A stretch of DNA of 64,000 bases, taken from positions 20,616-84,615 of the forward strand of contig DATKSM010000047.1 in NCBI GenBank assembly GCA_035531655.1. Direction: 5' to 3'. The notes beneath the pieces are model-generated. The model saw nothing but the letters and a program-made list of their open reading frames with translations. It did not search any database and was not told the origin of the DNA. Position numbers and translations under genes: made by a program. This DNA is from Solirubrobacteraceae bacterium (GTDB lineage: Bacteria > Actinomycetota > Thermoleophilia > Solirubrobacterales > Solirubrobacteraceae). Below are positions 8,773 to 18,520 of the stretch, piece by piece; positions within the stretch are counted from its first letter, which is position 1; each line of letters begins with the position of its first letter.

Positions 8773-10179
8773 TCAGACCCGCTGGATCTGCAGCAGGCTG
8801 GTGGTTCCCGGCCGCCCGCTCGGAAGCCCGGCGGTGATCGCGACGCGCTGCCCTGGTTTCACCCAGCCGAGTTCGACCACGCGCCGCGCGGAGTCGGCGA
8901 TCAACGCCTCCGTCACCTCGTGACGGCGCATCGAGGCGGCACGCACCCCCCACATCAGGCCGCAACGCCGCACCGTCTCGCGCCCTGGCGACAGGGCGTA
9001 GATCGGCACATTGGGGCGATGCGAGGCGACGAGCCGCGCCGAGCGCCCCGACAGGGTCGGCGTGATGATCGCCGCCAGATGCAGCTCGCGGGCGGCGGCG
9101 CAGGCACTGTGCGCGACCGTGTAGGCAGGGTCGCGCGCATCGCGACGAACGCGCTCATCATTCCACTTCTCGTAAGGCAGGTCCGCCTCCGTGTACTCGG
9201 CGATCGACGCCATCATCGCGACGGTCTCGACCGGGTACTGGCCGACGGCCGTCTCCTGCGAGAGCATCACCGCGTCGGTCCCGTCGAGGATCGCGTTGGC
9301 GACATCGGTCGCCTCGGCCCGCGTCGGGCGCGGCGAGGAGACCATCGAATCGAGCATCTGCGTGGCCGTGATCGAGGGGCGCGCGAGCTGACCGGCAAGC
9401 GTCAGCAGTCGCTTCTGAGCGCGTGGCACCTGCTCGATCGGCAGCTCGATCCCGAGGTCGCCGCGTGCCACCATCACGCAGTCGGCGGCGCGGATGATGT
9501 CCTCGGCGGCGACCATCGCCTGCGGCTTCTCGATCTTGGCGATCAACGGCAGGCGCGTGTGTTTGCGCACGCTCGTGATGTCCTCGGCCGTGCGAACGAA
9601 TGACAGCGCGACGAGGTCCACCCCAATCTCCTCGCCGAAGCGCAGCATCTCGAGATCCTCGGCCGGCACCGAATCCAACCCGCGGGTCGAGCCGGGGATG
9701 TTGAGGCCCTGGCGCGAGGCCACGGCGCCGCCGACCTCGACCTCTGTGTCGACCTCGCCGTCGCCGGTCCTGATCGCCGCCACCCGCAGGCGGATCTTGC
9801 CGTCCGCCAGGTAGATCACGTCGCCTGGGTCGACCGCATCGGCCAGGCCCGCCCAGCTGACCGACATACGGCGCTCATTGCCGAGCTCGTTTGAACCGCA
9901 GGTCAGCACCAGCGCGTCGCCCGGCTTCAGGTCGGCGATCTCATTCTCGATCGGGCCGACCCTCAGCTTGGGGCCGGGCAGGTCCTGCAGAATCGCGACC
10001 TGGCGGCCGGCCGCGCTGGCCGCGGCACGCACGCGCTCAGCGTTCTCCGCGTGCAGTTCGAGGTTGCCGTGCGAGAAGTTGAGGCGGGCGACGTCCATCC
10101 CGGCCTCGATCAGGCGCACGAGCACCTCGGGGTCACGGGAGGCGGGACCGATTGTGGCGACGATTTTGGTGCGGCGCAT
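8773..10179 (-). CDS. pyk: Pyruvate kinase
   Basis: RRTKIVATIGPAS, ARLNFSHG, AKIEK, MVARGDLG, ATQMLDSM, PTRAE. Confidence 0.98.
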   Translation of the reverse strand: MRRTKIVATIGPASRDPEVLVRLIEAGMDVARLNFSHGNLELHAENAERVRAAASAAGRQVAILQDLPGPKLRVGPIENEIADLKPGDALVLTCGSNELGNERRMSVSWAGLADAVDPGDVIYLADGKIRLRVAAIRTGDGEVDTEVEVGGAVASRQGLNIPGSTRGLDSVPAEDLEMLRFGEEIGVDLVALSFVRTAEDITSVRKHTRLPLIAKIEKPQAMVAAEDIIRAADCVMVARGDLGIELPIEQVPRAQKRLLTLAGQLARPSITATQMLDSMVSSPRPTRAEATDVANAILDGTDAVMLSQETAVGQYPVETVAMMASIAEYTEADLPYEKWNDERVRRDARDPAYTVAHSACAAARELHLAAIITPTLSGRSARLVASHRPNVPIYALSPGRETVRRCGLMWGVRAASMRRHEVTEALIADSARRVVELGWVKPGQRVAITAGLPSGRPGTTSLLQIQRV

Positions 10180-10251
10180 CTAGGTGCCGGCAGGATTTGT
10201 CGACCGAGACACGGGCGCTAGGCGGTTTTGATCGTCGGCACGCAAAACACC

Positions 10252-11331
10252 CTACTGAACGAGCAGACCATCCTGGATCACCACGTCGCCATCGACCGTC
10301 ACGCGACCACCCTTGCGCAGGTCGCAGATCAGGTCCCAGTGCAACGCCGAGTCGTTGGTGCCGCCGGTCTCCGGATACGAGTTGCCGAGCGCCAGATGGA
10401 CGGTGCCGGCGATCTTCTCGTCGAGCAGCGTCGAGCCGGTCGCGCGGTCGATGCCGGTGTTGGTGCCGATCCCGAGCTCGCCAAGAAACCTCGCCCCCGC
10501 ATCGATTCCGAGCGCCGCCTGCAGGTGCTCGTCGCCGACGTCCGCGCGCGCCGCCACCACCTCGCCTTGCGCGAACTTGAGCTCGACGCCCGCCACCTCG
10601 GCTCCGCGCCGGTTGGAGGGCACGTCGAAGCGAATGACGCCGGTGGCAGAGCCTTCGTGGGGGCCGGTGAAGACCTCGCCGCTCGGCATGTTGCGACGCC
10701 CGTCCGAGTTGATCCACGTCCGGCCCTCGACGTTCAGCCTCAGGTCAGTGCCGCCCGTCTCGATGTGGATCTCCCGCGCCGGAGCGAGCCGCTCGATCAC
10801 CTGCGCCTGCCGGTCGCGCAACGCGGCCCAGGCCGCGACCGGGTCGGGCCGGTCGAGGAACAGCGCCCGTTCGACGAATCCCGCGTACGCCGACTCGTCC
10901 ATGCCCGCCCGCTGCGCAAGCGCCGGCGTCGGCCAGATCGTCACACACCAGCGCCGCTGCCCGCGGGCCGCCCGCAGGCGCTTCTGGGCGCGCGCGCGCC
11001 GGGCCACCAACAGCGGATCGACGCCCGCGACAGCGTTCATGTTGGCGGGCGCGGAGATCCGCACGCTCGCATCTGCAGCCTCGTACTCGGCAAGCTGAAT
11101 CGGCGCGACGCCGTCGAGATGCAGATCACGCGCGTGCCTGTAGAAGTCGGCCTCGAGACCGCCCGGACTCAGCCGCAGCAGCGGCCACGCCTCGCGTTCG
11201 AGCAGTGCCCGGTGCAGCGCGACCGCCGGCTCGACCGCGAGCGTCGTCGTGTCGATCAGGACCTGCTGCCCGCGCTGGACCTCGAGGCACCACTCGACGA
11301 CCAGCATGGCGAACGCGTCGGCGTCGATCAC
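10252..11331 (-). CDS. Aminopeptidase, peptidase M29 (AmpS/AmpT) family
   Basis: NMPSGEVFTGP, GELGIG, LDEKIAGTVHLALG, SALHWD. Confidence 0.92.
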   Translation of the reverse strand: MIDADAFAMLVVEWCLEVQRGQQVLIDTTTLAVEPAVALHRALLEREAWPLLRLSPGGLEADFYRHARDLHLDGVAPIQLAEYEAADASVRISAPANMNAVAGVDPLLVARRARAQKRLRAARGQRRWCVTIWPTPALAQRAGMDESAYAGFVERALFLDRPDPVAAWAALRDRQAQVIERLAPAREIHIETGGTDLRLNVEGRTWINSDGRRNMPSGEVFTGPHEGSATGVIRFDVPSNRRGAEVAGVELKFAQGEVVAARADVGDEHLQAALGIDAGARFLGELGIGTNTGIDRATGSTLLDEKIAGTVHLALGNSYPETGGTNDSALHWDLICDLRKGGRVTVDGDVVIQDGLLVQ

Positions 11332-11681
11332 GGCTCCTGCAGCTCCGGGAAGTTCTCCGCGACGTGCATGCGCAGGCTGTCGCGCACGAAGCGGCGCTCC
11401 TGCGCGTCGGCCATCCGGTAGCGCCCGAGCAGCTCTTTTTGAGTATCGGTCCGGACCCCCGACACGGTCCAGCTGAGCGCCAGCCGCTCGAACAGAAGCT
11501 CGGTCGCGCGCTGCCAGGCATCCTCGCGGTCGAGGCCGCCGCCGAGCGTCTCCGCGTACTCGGCCCGCGCCTTCGGCGGCAATGATCCCCGCAGCTCGAG
11601 CTCGTTGCCCTCGGCATCGGGGTAGGTCGTAGCCGGAGCCGTGATCGCGGCGCTTGAACGCTTGCGTCGACGCTTGCCCAT
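11328..11681 (-). CDS. Hypothetical protein
   Basis: ATG start MGKRRRKR; GTGA overlap with the aminopeptidase start. Confidence 0.7.
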   Translation of the reverse strand: MGKRRRKRSSAAITAPATTYPDAEGNELELRGSLPPKARAEYAETLGGGLDREDAWQRATELLFERLALSWTVSGVRTDTQKELLGRYRMADAQERRFVRDSLRMHVAENFPELQEP

Positions 11682-11691
11682 CCCCGTCAGG

Positions 11692-12834
11692 CTAGACCGC
11701 AGCAGAGGCCGCACGCTGCAACTGCAGCTCGACATCCTCGCCCGACACCGGCTTGGCGTGCCCCGGCCAGACGACCTTCGGGCCGAGCGCCGCCAGGCGG
11801 CGGATCGATTCGCGCGCCTGGTTGGTGTCGAGATTGAAGGCCGGGTGCGGGACGTGGGCGGCGTTGCCGATGCCGGTCTCCGGGTTGAGCGTGTAGAAGC
11901 AGTCCGAGACGAGCGCGAGCCCGTCCTCGGCCCGGTAGAGGCCGATCAGTCCGGGCGCATGACCGGGAAGGTGCAGCACGCTGAAACCGGCGATCTCCTC
12001 GCCCTCCTCGACGTTCCCGGCGAGCTCGAGCGCGCCGCCATCCCAGCCGGCCAGCAGCCGCGTCAGCAGCGGCCGCGACCATGCCCGCAGCAGACCCAGG
12101 TTCCAGTAGTCGCGGTAGGGCGACGGTGACCGCGCCGCAGAGCGCTCAAGCGGGTGGCAGTAGATCGGGGCGTCGAGCCCGGCGGCGCCACCGCGATGAT
12201 CCGCGTCGGCGTGGCCCAGGACGACCCGGCGGATGCCGCCGAACCGAGCGCCCGCCGCGCGGATCGCGCCTGTCATCTGCGCGATGCCGGCGTCGAACAC
12301 GGTCACGCCACCTTCGTCCTCGATCAGATAGACGTTCATCACGCGCGGCAGGCCGCCGCGCAGAACCCAGACGCCGGCGGCGATCGCCTCGGGCTCCCCG
12401 CCGGACATGGTGTTGCGCACCCACGTACGGGTATTGACCACGGCCGCGAGACCGCGCGGCGCAGGAAGCAGCCCGAGCTGCTGCACGACCTCGGCGCCGT
12501 CCATATAGAAGCCACCGGCCACAATCTGGTCCTCACTTATCTCGAGCACATCGCAGCCGTCGATCGAGATCTGAGCTCCGTTCGGAGCGAAGTCCTGCAC
12601 ATGTCCAGGACCGAGGAACGTGCCATTGGCATGCCAGCGGACCACACACCGCTCACGCTGGGTGGTGGTGTCGAGCAGCTCGATCCGCATATCCGGGAAG
12701 GCGTCGAAGAGCTCCCCGAAGCGGACGCTGATCTGGTCGGAGGCTCCCGGAGCCCAGCAGGCCACGGCAGCATCTATGTCGCGCCTGCTCAGCGCGTCGA
12801 AGTACCGGCGGGCGATCACCGAGCTCGTTGCCAT
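11692..12834 (-). CDS. SnoaL/ester-cyclase-like domain fused to MBL-fold hydrolase
   Basis: N-terminal ARRYFDAL..AFPD..VVRW..GT; C-terminal LGHADADH, LPGHAPG, PGH. Confidence 0.85.
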   Translation of the reverse strand: MATSSVIARRYFDALSRRDIDAAVACWAPGASDQISVRFGELFDAFPDMRIELLDTTTQRERCVVRWHANGTFLGPGHVQDFAPNGAQISIDGCDVLEISEDQIVAGGFYMDGAEVVQQLGLLPAPRGLAAVVNTRTWVRNTMSGGEPEAIAAGVWVLRGGLPRVMNVYLIEDEGGVTVFDAGIAQMTGAIRAAGARFGGIRRVVLGHADADHRGGAAGLDAPIYCHPLERSAARSPSPYRDYWNLGLLRAWSRPLLTRLLAGWDGGALELAGNVEEGEEIAGFSVLHLPGHAPGLIGLYRAEDGLALVSDCFYTLNPETGIGNAAHVPHPAFNLDTNQARESIRRLAALGPKVVWPGHAKPVSGEDVELQLQRAASAAV

Positions 12835-12876
12835 CGCGGCACGCAGTCTACGGAGCGATCGCCGACGGATCCAGAT

Positions 12877-13332
12877 TCAGGTATGACGCTCGAGCATCTG
12901 TGTCTCGGCGCCGTCGACGCTGACCGTCAGCCGTCGCAGGCCGACGCCGGTGAGCAGCCATTGCGAGGCGAGCGCGACCGCATGCTGCTCGTATCCGCGA
13001 CCACGCACCTGCGGCGCCACCCACACCCGCATCGAGGCGCTCCCCTGCTCCCAGTCGAAGCCGTCCACCTCGATGCGGCCGCGGCAGTCATTCCCGCCTT
13101 GCTCGAGGATCGTCAGCTTCACGGAGCTGCCGGCCAGCCGCTCGTCCTGCGCGCGCTCGACCTCGCTCCCGAGCTGGGCGCCGGTGGGCGGCCTGCTCAG
13201 CCCGAGACGCAGGTGCAGGTCGCGATCGTCCTGATGCGCGATCAGCACCTCGGGAATGTCCCACTCGGCGATCTCGCGAAGCTCGACGAGCTCGTCGCCG
13301 AGGCGCTCTGGCAGGTCGGGGATTGTGGGCAT
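12877..13332 (-). CDS. GNAT N-acetyltransferase (RimJ/RimL-like)
   Basis: WVAPQVRGRGY acetyl-CoA binding motif. Confidence 0.8.
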   Translation of the reverse strand: MPTIPDLPERLGDELVELREIAEWDIPEVLIAHQDDRDLHLRLGLSRPPTGAQLGSEVERAQDERLAGSSVKLTILEQGGNDCRGRIEVDGFDWEQGSASMRVWVAPQVRGRGYEQHAVALASQWLLTGVGLRRLTVSVDGAETQMLERHT

Positions 13333-13361
13333 GTCTCGACTGGACCGTACCCTTTCCGGCC

Positions 13362-14078
13362 GTGGTCGCACTCGCCCACTCCGACCTGGCAGACGCCGAG
13401 CTCGCAGAGGCGCAGCTCGCCGACGCCGAGTTCGCCTACCTGGTTCGTCGCTCCGACCGCGCTCGCCGTGTTCGGGTCACCGTCGATCGCGGCGGCAACG
13501 TGGAAGTCGTGCTCCCGCGCCGCCTGCCGCAGTGTGCGGCGCAGGAGGCGGTCGTGGAGCTGCGCCCCTGGATCGAACGACGGCTCGCCGAGGTCGGCCG
13601 CCAGCGGGCAGCCGTGCTGGCGCGGGGCGACACCGTTCCCTACCTGGGTGCCAGCCTCGCGGTGGTCGGCGAGGCGGGTCGCACGCGGGTCACGCGGCGC
13701 CGAGACACGCTGGTGGTACCGGAAGGCCTCAAGCGACAGGCGGCGCTCGAGCGCTGGTACCGGCGGATGGCGCGCGAGGAGATCCGCACGCGTCTGGACC
13801 GCGCCTGCGCCGAGGCGCAGCTCAGCTACATGCGCCTGACGATCCGCGACCAGCGCACCCGCTGGGGCAGCTGCTCGCGCGCCGGCGCGATGAGCTTCAA
13901 CTGGCGGTTGCTGCTCGCCCCCGAAGCGGTGCTCGACTACGTCATCTGGCACGAGGTCTGTCACCTCGAGGTGATGGACCATTCGCCGCGCTTCTGGGCG
14001 CTGGTCGCACGCCGGTGCCCCGAGCATCGCGAGCACGCCGCGTGGCTCAAGCGCAACGCCGCCACATTGGTCATATGA
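13362..14078 (+). CDS. YgjP-like zinc metalloprotease-fold protein (DUF45)
   Basis: RDQRTRWGSCS, FNWRL, DYVIWHEVCHL, HSPRFW. Confidence 0.88.
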   Translation: MVALAHSDLADAELAEAQLADAEFAYLVRRSDRARRVRVTVDRGGNVEVVLPRRLPQCAAQEAVVELRPWIERRLAEVGRQRAAVLARGDTVPYLGASLAVVGEAGRTRVTRRRDTLVVPEGLKRQAALERWYRRMAREEIRTRLDRACAEAQLSYMRLTIRDQRTRWGSCSRAGAMSFNWRLLLAPEAVLDYVIWHEVCHLEVMDHSPRFWALVARRCPEHREHAAWLKRNAATLVI

Positions 14079-14596
14079 CGTTTGCGGCTGCGCAGATCGT
14101 CGCTGCGATTCGTGCCTGGCAGGCCGAGACTCGACAGCTTGTGGTCGCGATCGATGGACACGGCGCGGCCGGCAAGACGACGATCGCGTTCGAGGTCGCG
14201 GTCGCGCGGGAGGCCCTCATCGTGCACACCGATGACTATCTCGGCGGTGTGCACCCGACCGACGATGCGCGACCGATGGCGCAGTACTACGACTGGGAGG
14301 CGCTGCGCACGAACTCCCTCGAGCCGGCGATCGAGTGGGGCTCGCGGCTGATCTTGGTCGAGGGTGTCTCCGCGGCGGCGCCCGCGCTGGCCGACCTGAC
14401 GACGCACACGGTGTTGGTGGTAACGCCCGAACCGATCAGGTTGGAGCGTCTGCACGGCCGGGTCACGCCCGAGGAGTGGGACGTGGACTGGCTGGAGGCC
14501 GAGCGCGTCTACTTCCTCACCAGACCGGCGAGATCGTTCGACCTGATCGTGTCGGGCTCGACGGAAGGCGAGACGGAGCCTAGAATCGCAAGCTGA
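14075..14596 (+). CDS. Uridine kinase-like P-loop kinase
   Basis: VAIDGHGAAGKTT, HTDDY, ILVEG; ATGA overlap with upstream gene. Confidence 0.8.
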   Translation: MTFAAAQIVAAIRAWQAETRQLVVAIDGHGAAGKTTIAFEVAVAREALIVHTDDYLGGVHPTDDARPMAQYYDWEALRTNSLEPAIEWGSRLILVEGVSAAAPALADLTTHTVLVVTPEPIRLERLHGRVTPEEWDVDWLEAERVYFLTRPARSFDLIVSGSTEGETEPRIAS

Positions 14597-14685
14597 GATC
14601 GCGGGAGCCCACTTGGGCTGAGAGGGCGTCGGACGGCGCCGACCGTAGAACCTGATCCGGGTCATGCCGGCGGAGGGAGAGGGCA

Positions 14686-16590
14686 GTGATAGCCAGGTGG
14701 CGCGTCGGAGTCGCGGTCCTCACCGCAGCGACCCTGGTCGCGGCGTGCGGTTCCTCAGTCGGGCCCGTGTCGACGGGGTCCGTATCGACCAAGTCGCGCG
14801 TGGTCACCGCGAGCATCGGCACGCCGGTGAGCGGCGGCACGGCGTACTGGGCCGAGCAGCCCCTGTCCCCGCCCAACTACATCTTCCCGCTTGTCTCCGG
14901 CGCCTATTACTCGAATGAGAACGTCTACGAATTCCAGACGCTCATGTACCGCCCGCTGTACTGGTACGGCGACCGGGGCAGGCCCGGCGTCGACTACACG
15001 CTGTCGCTCGGCAACGCCCCTGTCTACAGCCACCACGACCGGGTCGTCACGATCAGTTTGAAGCCGGCGAAGTGGTCTGACGGCGAAGCAGTCAGCGCTC
15101 GGGACGTGATCTTCTGGATCAACCTGCTCAAGGCCAACAAAGCCGACTGGGCCTCCTATGTGCCGGGCGGCTTTCCCGACAACGTCACATCGGTTCGGGC
15201 GATCGGTGAGCGCACCGTACGCCTGTCGCTGAACCGGAGCTACAACCCGATCTGGTTCACCAACAACGAGCTGTCGCAGATCACGCCGCTGCCGATGGCG
15301 TGGGATCGGACCACCAGCGGTCATTGCGGAGGCACGACGGGGTGCCCGACCGGGACTCCAACACCCGACGTCAGCCCGGCGGGCGCGAAGACGGTCTACC
15401 GCTTCCTCAACACCCAGGCGAAGAACGTGTCCGGCTACGCGACCAGCCCGACCTGGTCGATCGTTGACGGCCCCTGGAAGCTGCAATCGCTGACCCCCTC
15501 CGGCGAGGCGACCTTCGTCCCCAACCCGAAGTACGACGGACCTGACAGACCGCATCTGGCGAGATTCGTCGAGCTTCCGTTCACGAGCGAGACGGCCGAG
15601 TTCTCGGTACTCAAGGCGGGCACAGCGACCGGTGACGGCGGCGGCTCGGCGCCGCAGATCTCGGCCGGCTACGTGCCCGACACCGATGTGCCGCAGGCGC
15701 CGGCGCTGAAGAGCCAGGGCTACCGGCTGACCGAGTTCCAGCCGTACGGCTTCGATTACTTCGAGCCGAACTTCAACAACCCGGACGTCGGAGCCGTGCT
15801 CAGGCAGAGCTATTTCCGCCAAGCGTTCCAGCACCTCGTCAACCAGCCCGGCTGGATCCACGCCTACTACGCGGGCGTCGGTGTCCCGACCTACAGCCCC
15901 CTCCCGGCGCGGCCATCGAATCCGTACGCGAACGCCCAGGCGCGCGTGAACCCGTACGCGTTCAGCGTCAGGACCTCGGCGCGGATCCTGAAAGCCCACG
16001 GCTGGTCGGTCGTGGCCAATGGCACCACCACCTGCGAGCATCCCGGCACCGATTCGGGCGAATGCGGTGCCGGCATCCCTCGCGGCAAGCAGCTGCGCTT
16101 CACACTGATGTACCCGAGCGGCATGTCCGCGACCGACGGCGCGATGGTCGACCTGCAGTCGGTCGCGCGCGAGGTCGGCATTCGGATCACGCTCAGGGAA
16201 GTCACTACCGCGACGATTGACGCGGAGATCGAGCCCTGTCGGCCGCACTCGGCGGCCTGCGGTTGGCAGCTCGGCCAATACGGGAGCGCCTGGGTGTTCG
16301 CGCCCGACCACTACCCGACTGGCGAAGAGATCTTCCAGACTGGCGCGCTCGGCAACGTCGGCAGTTACTCCGATCCTGCGATCGACAGGCTGATCGCGGC
16401 GACCACGACGACCTCGGCCGCCGGCGCCCAGCGGGCGCTCGACGCCTACGCAAACGCCGTGCGCACGGCGCTGCCCGACTTCTGGCAGCCGTCGCCGGGC
16501 ACGCTCATGAGCTTCCAGTCAAATCTCGCTGGGGCCACCCCGAACGCATACGGGTTCCTGAGTCCGGAGGAGTGGTACTTCACGAAGTGA
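14686..16590 (+). CDS. Peptide/nickel ABC transporter substrate-binding lipoprotein (family 5)
   Basis: Lipobox LVAAC; KWSDGEAVSARDV; DGPWKL. Confidence 0.9.
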   Translation: MIARWRVGVAVLTAATLVAACGSSVGPVSTGSVSTKSRVVTASIGTPVSGGTAYWAEQPLSPPNYIFPLVSGAYYSNENVYEFQTLMYRPLYWYGDRGRPGVDYTLSLGNAPVYSHHDRVVTISLKPAKWSDGEAVSARDVIFWINLLKANKADWASYVPGGFPDNVTSVRAIGERTVRLSLNRSYNPIWFTNNELSQITPLPMAWDRTTSGHCGGTTGCPTGTPTPDVSPAGAKTVYRFLNTQAKNVSGYATSPTWSIVDGPWKLQSLTPSGEATFVPNPKYDGPDRPHLARFVELPFTSETAEFSVLKAGTATGDGGGSAPQISAGYVPDTDVPQAPALKSQGYRLTEFQPYGFDYFEPNFNNPDVGAVLRQSYFRQAFQHLVNQPGWIHAYYAGVGVPTYSPLPARPSNPYANAQARVNPYAFSVRTSARILKAHGWSVVANGTTTCEHPGTDSGECGAGIPRGKQLRFTLMYPSGMSATDGAMVDLQSVAREVGIRITLREVTTATIDAEIEPCRPHSAACGWQLGQYGSAWVFAPDHYPTGEEIFQTGALGNVGSYSDPAIDRLIAATTTTSAAGAQRALDAYANAVRTALPDFWQPSPGTLMSFQSNLAGATPNAYGFLSPEEWYFTK

Positions 16591-16605
16591 ACGGCAGGTC
16601 CTGAC

Positions 16606-17592
16606 GTGACGGGCTTTCTACTCAGGCGCCTCGCCCAGGCGGTGGTCGTGCTGCTCGGGGTCACGCTGATCGTGTTCCTGCTCGAGCGGCTCACGCCCGG
16701 CAGCCTCGCACACGCGATCCTCGGGCCGCGCGCGAGCCCGCAGGCGGTTGCCGCCTTCAACGCCGCCAACGGCCTGGCACACCCGATCGTAATCCAGTAC
16801 CTCGACTTCCTCGGGCACCTCGTCCGCGGCAACCTCGGCTACTCCTACCGCCTCAACCAGGGCGTCGGTTCGCTGATCGCGCACGAGGCGCCCAACGACC
16901 TGATCCTCGTCGGCCTCGGGCTGGTTTTCGCGCTGGCGATCGCACTGCCGCTGGGGATCGCACAGGCGGTGCGCCGCAACCGTGCGCTCGACCACATCGC
17001 GACCGGCGCGGCATTGGCGCTCTACTCGATGCCGTCCTACTGGCTGGCCCTGCTCCTGATCGCGGCGCTCAGCATCGGCACGCATGTGTTCCCGCCCGAG
17101 GCGGGCCAGTCCGGCGCGACGGCCGGCATCCTCTCCGACCCCAAGGGGCTGGTGCTGCCGGTGCTGACGCTGACGCTCGTCAACGTCGCCTGGTTCAGCC
17201 GCTACATGCGCTCGGCCGCGATCGACACGCTCGCGCAGGACTATGTCCGCCTGGCCCGCGCCAAGGGCCTGCCCGAGCGCCTGGTGCTGAGCCGTCACGT
17301 GCTGCGCAACTCGCTGCTGGCCGTCGTGACGCTGCTCGGCATGTCGGTGCCGATGCTGCTCACGGCCGGGCTAGTCGTCGAGTACGTCTTCAACATCCCC
17401 GGCGTCGGCCTGAGCTACTGGGAGGCCGCGTCGAACGCCGACTACCCGGTCGAGCTCGGAGTAACCGTGATCGTCGGCCTGGCGACGGTGCTGGGGAGCC
17501 TGCTGACGGACATCTCCTACGCGATCCTCGACCCCCGCGTGCGCCCCCCTCACTCCAGCCGGGCGCCGGCCCTGCACTTTCGACGAAGATGA
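16606..17592 (+). CDS. Peptide ABC permease (OppB/DppB-like)
   Basis: GNLGYS, DYVRLARAKGL, HVLRNS, VEYVFNIPGVG, DPRVR. Confidence 0.92.
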   Translation: MTGFLLRRLAQAVVVLLGVTLIVFLLERLTPGSLAHAILGPRASPQAVAAFNAANGLAHPIVIQYLDFLGHLVRGNLGYSYRLNQGVGSLIAHEAPNDLILVGLGLVFALAIALPLGIAQAVRRNRALDHIATGAALALYSMPSYWLALLLIAALSIGTHVFPPEAGQSGATAGILSDPKGLVLPVLTLTLVNVAWFSRYMRSAAIDTLAQDYVRLARAKGLPERLVLSRHVLRNSLLAVVTLLGMSVPMLLTAGLVVEYVFNIPGVGLSYWEAASNADYPVELGVTVIVGLATVLGSLLTDISYAILDPRVRPPHSSRAPALHFRRR

Positions 17593-17609
17593 GAATGATT
17601 CTCATTATC
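17589..17609. promoter_or_regulatory. Fur/Zur-family operator
   Basis: ATGAGAAT-G-ATTCTCAT perfect 8-1-8 inverted repeat; minus strand GATAATGAGAATCATTCTC matches the 19-bp Fur consensus at 17/19. Confidence 0.7.
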
Positions 17610-17656
17610 ATTGCCTGTGGCACGGGGAAGGGGCAGGGACCACAGGCGAGCTGACC

Positions 17657-18520
17657 ATGATCCGCGAGTTCCGCCGCCACCGACTCGGCGTCGCCGGGGT
17701 GATCCTGATCGCCCTGCTGATCGCGTTCTGCTTCCTTGGGCCGCTACTCCATTCGACCGACCAGGTCCACGCGAACATCGACATCACCAACATCGGACCC
17801 AGCGGTTCGCACCTGCTCGGGACCGACGCCAACGGCTACGACATCCTCGGACGGCTGATGGTCGGCGGTCGCGACTCGCTCGAGATCGGCGTCGCCGTCG
17901 CGCTGCTCGCGACGCTGCTCGGAGCGCTGTGGGGCGCGATCGCGGGTCTCACCGGCGGCGCGCTCGACGCGCTGATGATGCGCGTGGTCGACACCCTGCT
18001 GGCACTGCCGGCGATCTTCGTGCTGATCTACCTAGCGACCGTGGTGCAGCCGACTGTTCCGCTGTTGATCGCCGTGATTTCGTTGCTCTCCTGGCTCGGG
18101 CCTGCCCGGCTAATCCGCGGCGAGACGCTGTCCCTGCGCACGCGCGAGTTCGTCGAGGCGGCGCGCGCGGCGGGCGCGAGCCGGACACGGATAATCGTGC
18201 GCCACCTGCTCCCGAACACGGTCGGGACGCTGGTCGTGAACGCGACCTTCCAAGTCGCCGACGCGATCATCCTGCTGGCGACGCTGAGCTTCCTCGGCTT
18301 CGGCCTGCAGCCACCGGCGGCCACATGGGGCGGGATGCTGTCGCAAGGCACGACCTACCTGCTTGACGGCTATTGGTGGGAGGTGTATCCGGCCGGCGTC
18401 CTGATCATGCTGACCGTGATCGCCTTCAACCTCGTCGGCGACGCGCTGCGCGAGACGGCCTTCAACCTCGTCGGCGACGCGCTGCGCGAGACGGTCGACT
18501 CGCGCGTTCGCGCGCGCTAG
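17657..18520 (+). CDS. Peptide ABC permease (OppC/DppC-like)
   Basis: HLLGTDANGYD, EFVEAARAAGA, HLLPN, LSFLGFG. Confidence 0.92.
   Translation: MIREFRRHRLGVAGVILIALLIAFCFLGPLLHSTDQVHANIDITNIGPSGSHLLGTDANGYDILGRLMVGGRDSLEIGVAVALLATLLGALWGAIAGLTGGALDALMMRVVDTLLALPAIFVLIYLATVVQPTVPLLIAVISLLSWLGPARLIRGETLSLRTREFVEAARAAGASRTRIIVRHLLPNTVGTLVVNATFQVADAIILLATLSFLGFGLQPPAATWGGMLSQGTTYLLDGYWWEVYPAGVLIMLTVIAFNLVGDALRETAFNLVGDALRETVDSRVRAR
18422..18493 (+). repeat. Perfect 36-bp tandem duplication (AFNLVGDALRET x2)
   Basis: gccttcaacctcgtcggcgacgcgctgcgcgagacg occurs twice in tandem. Confidence 0.95.

Noticed and set aside
17619-17638. G-quadruplex in the G-rich loop
   Set aside because: Only three tracts of 3 or more G, which is common in GC-rich DNA.
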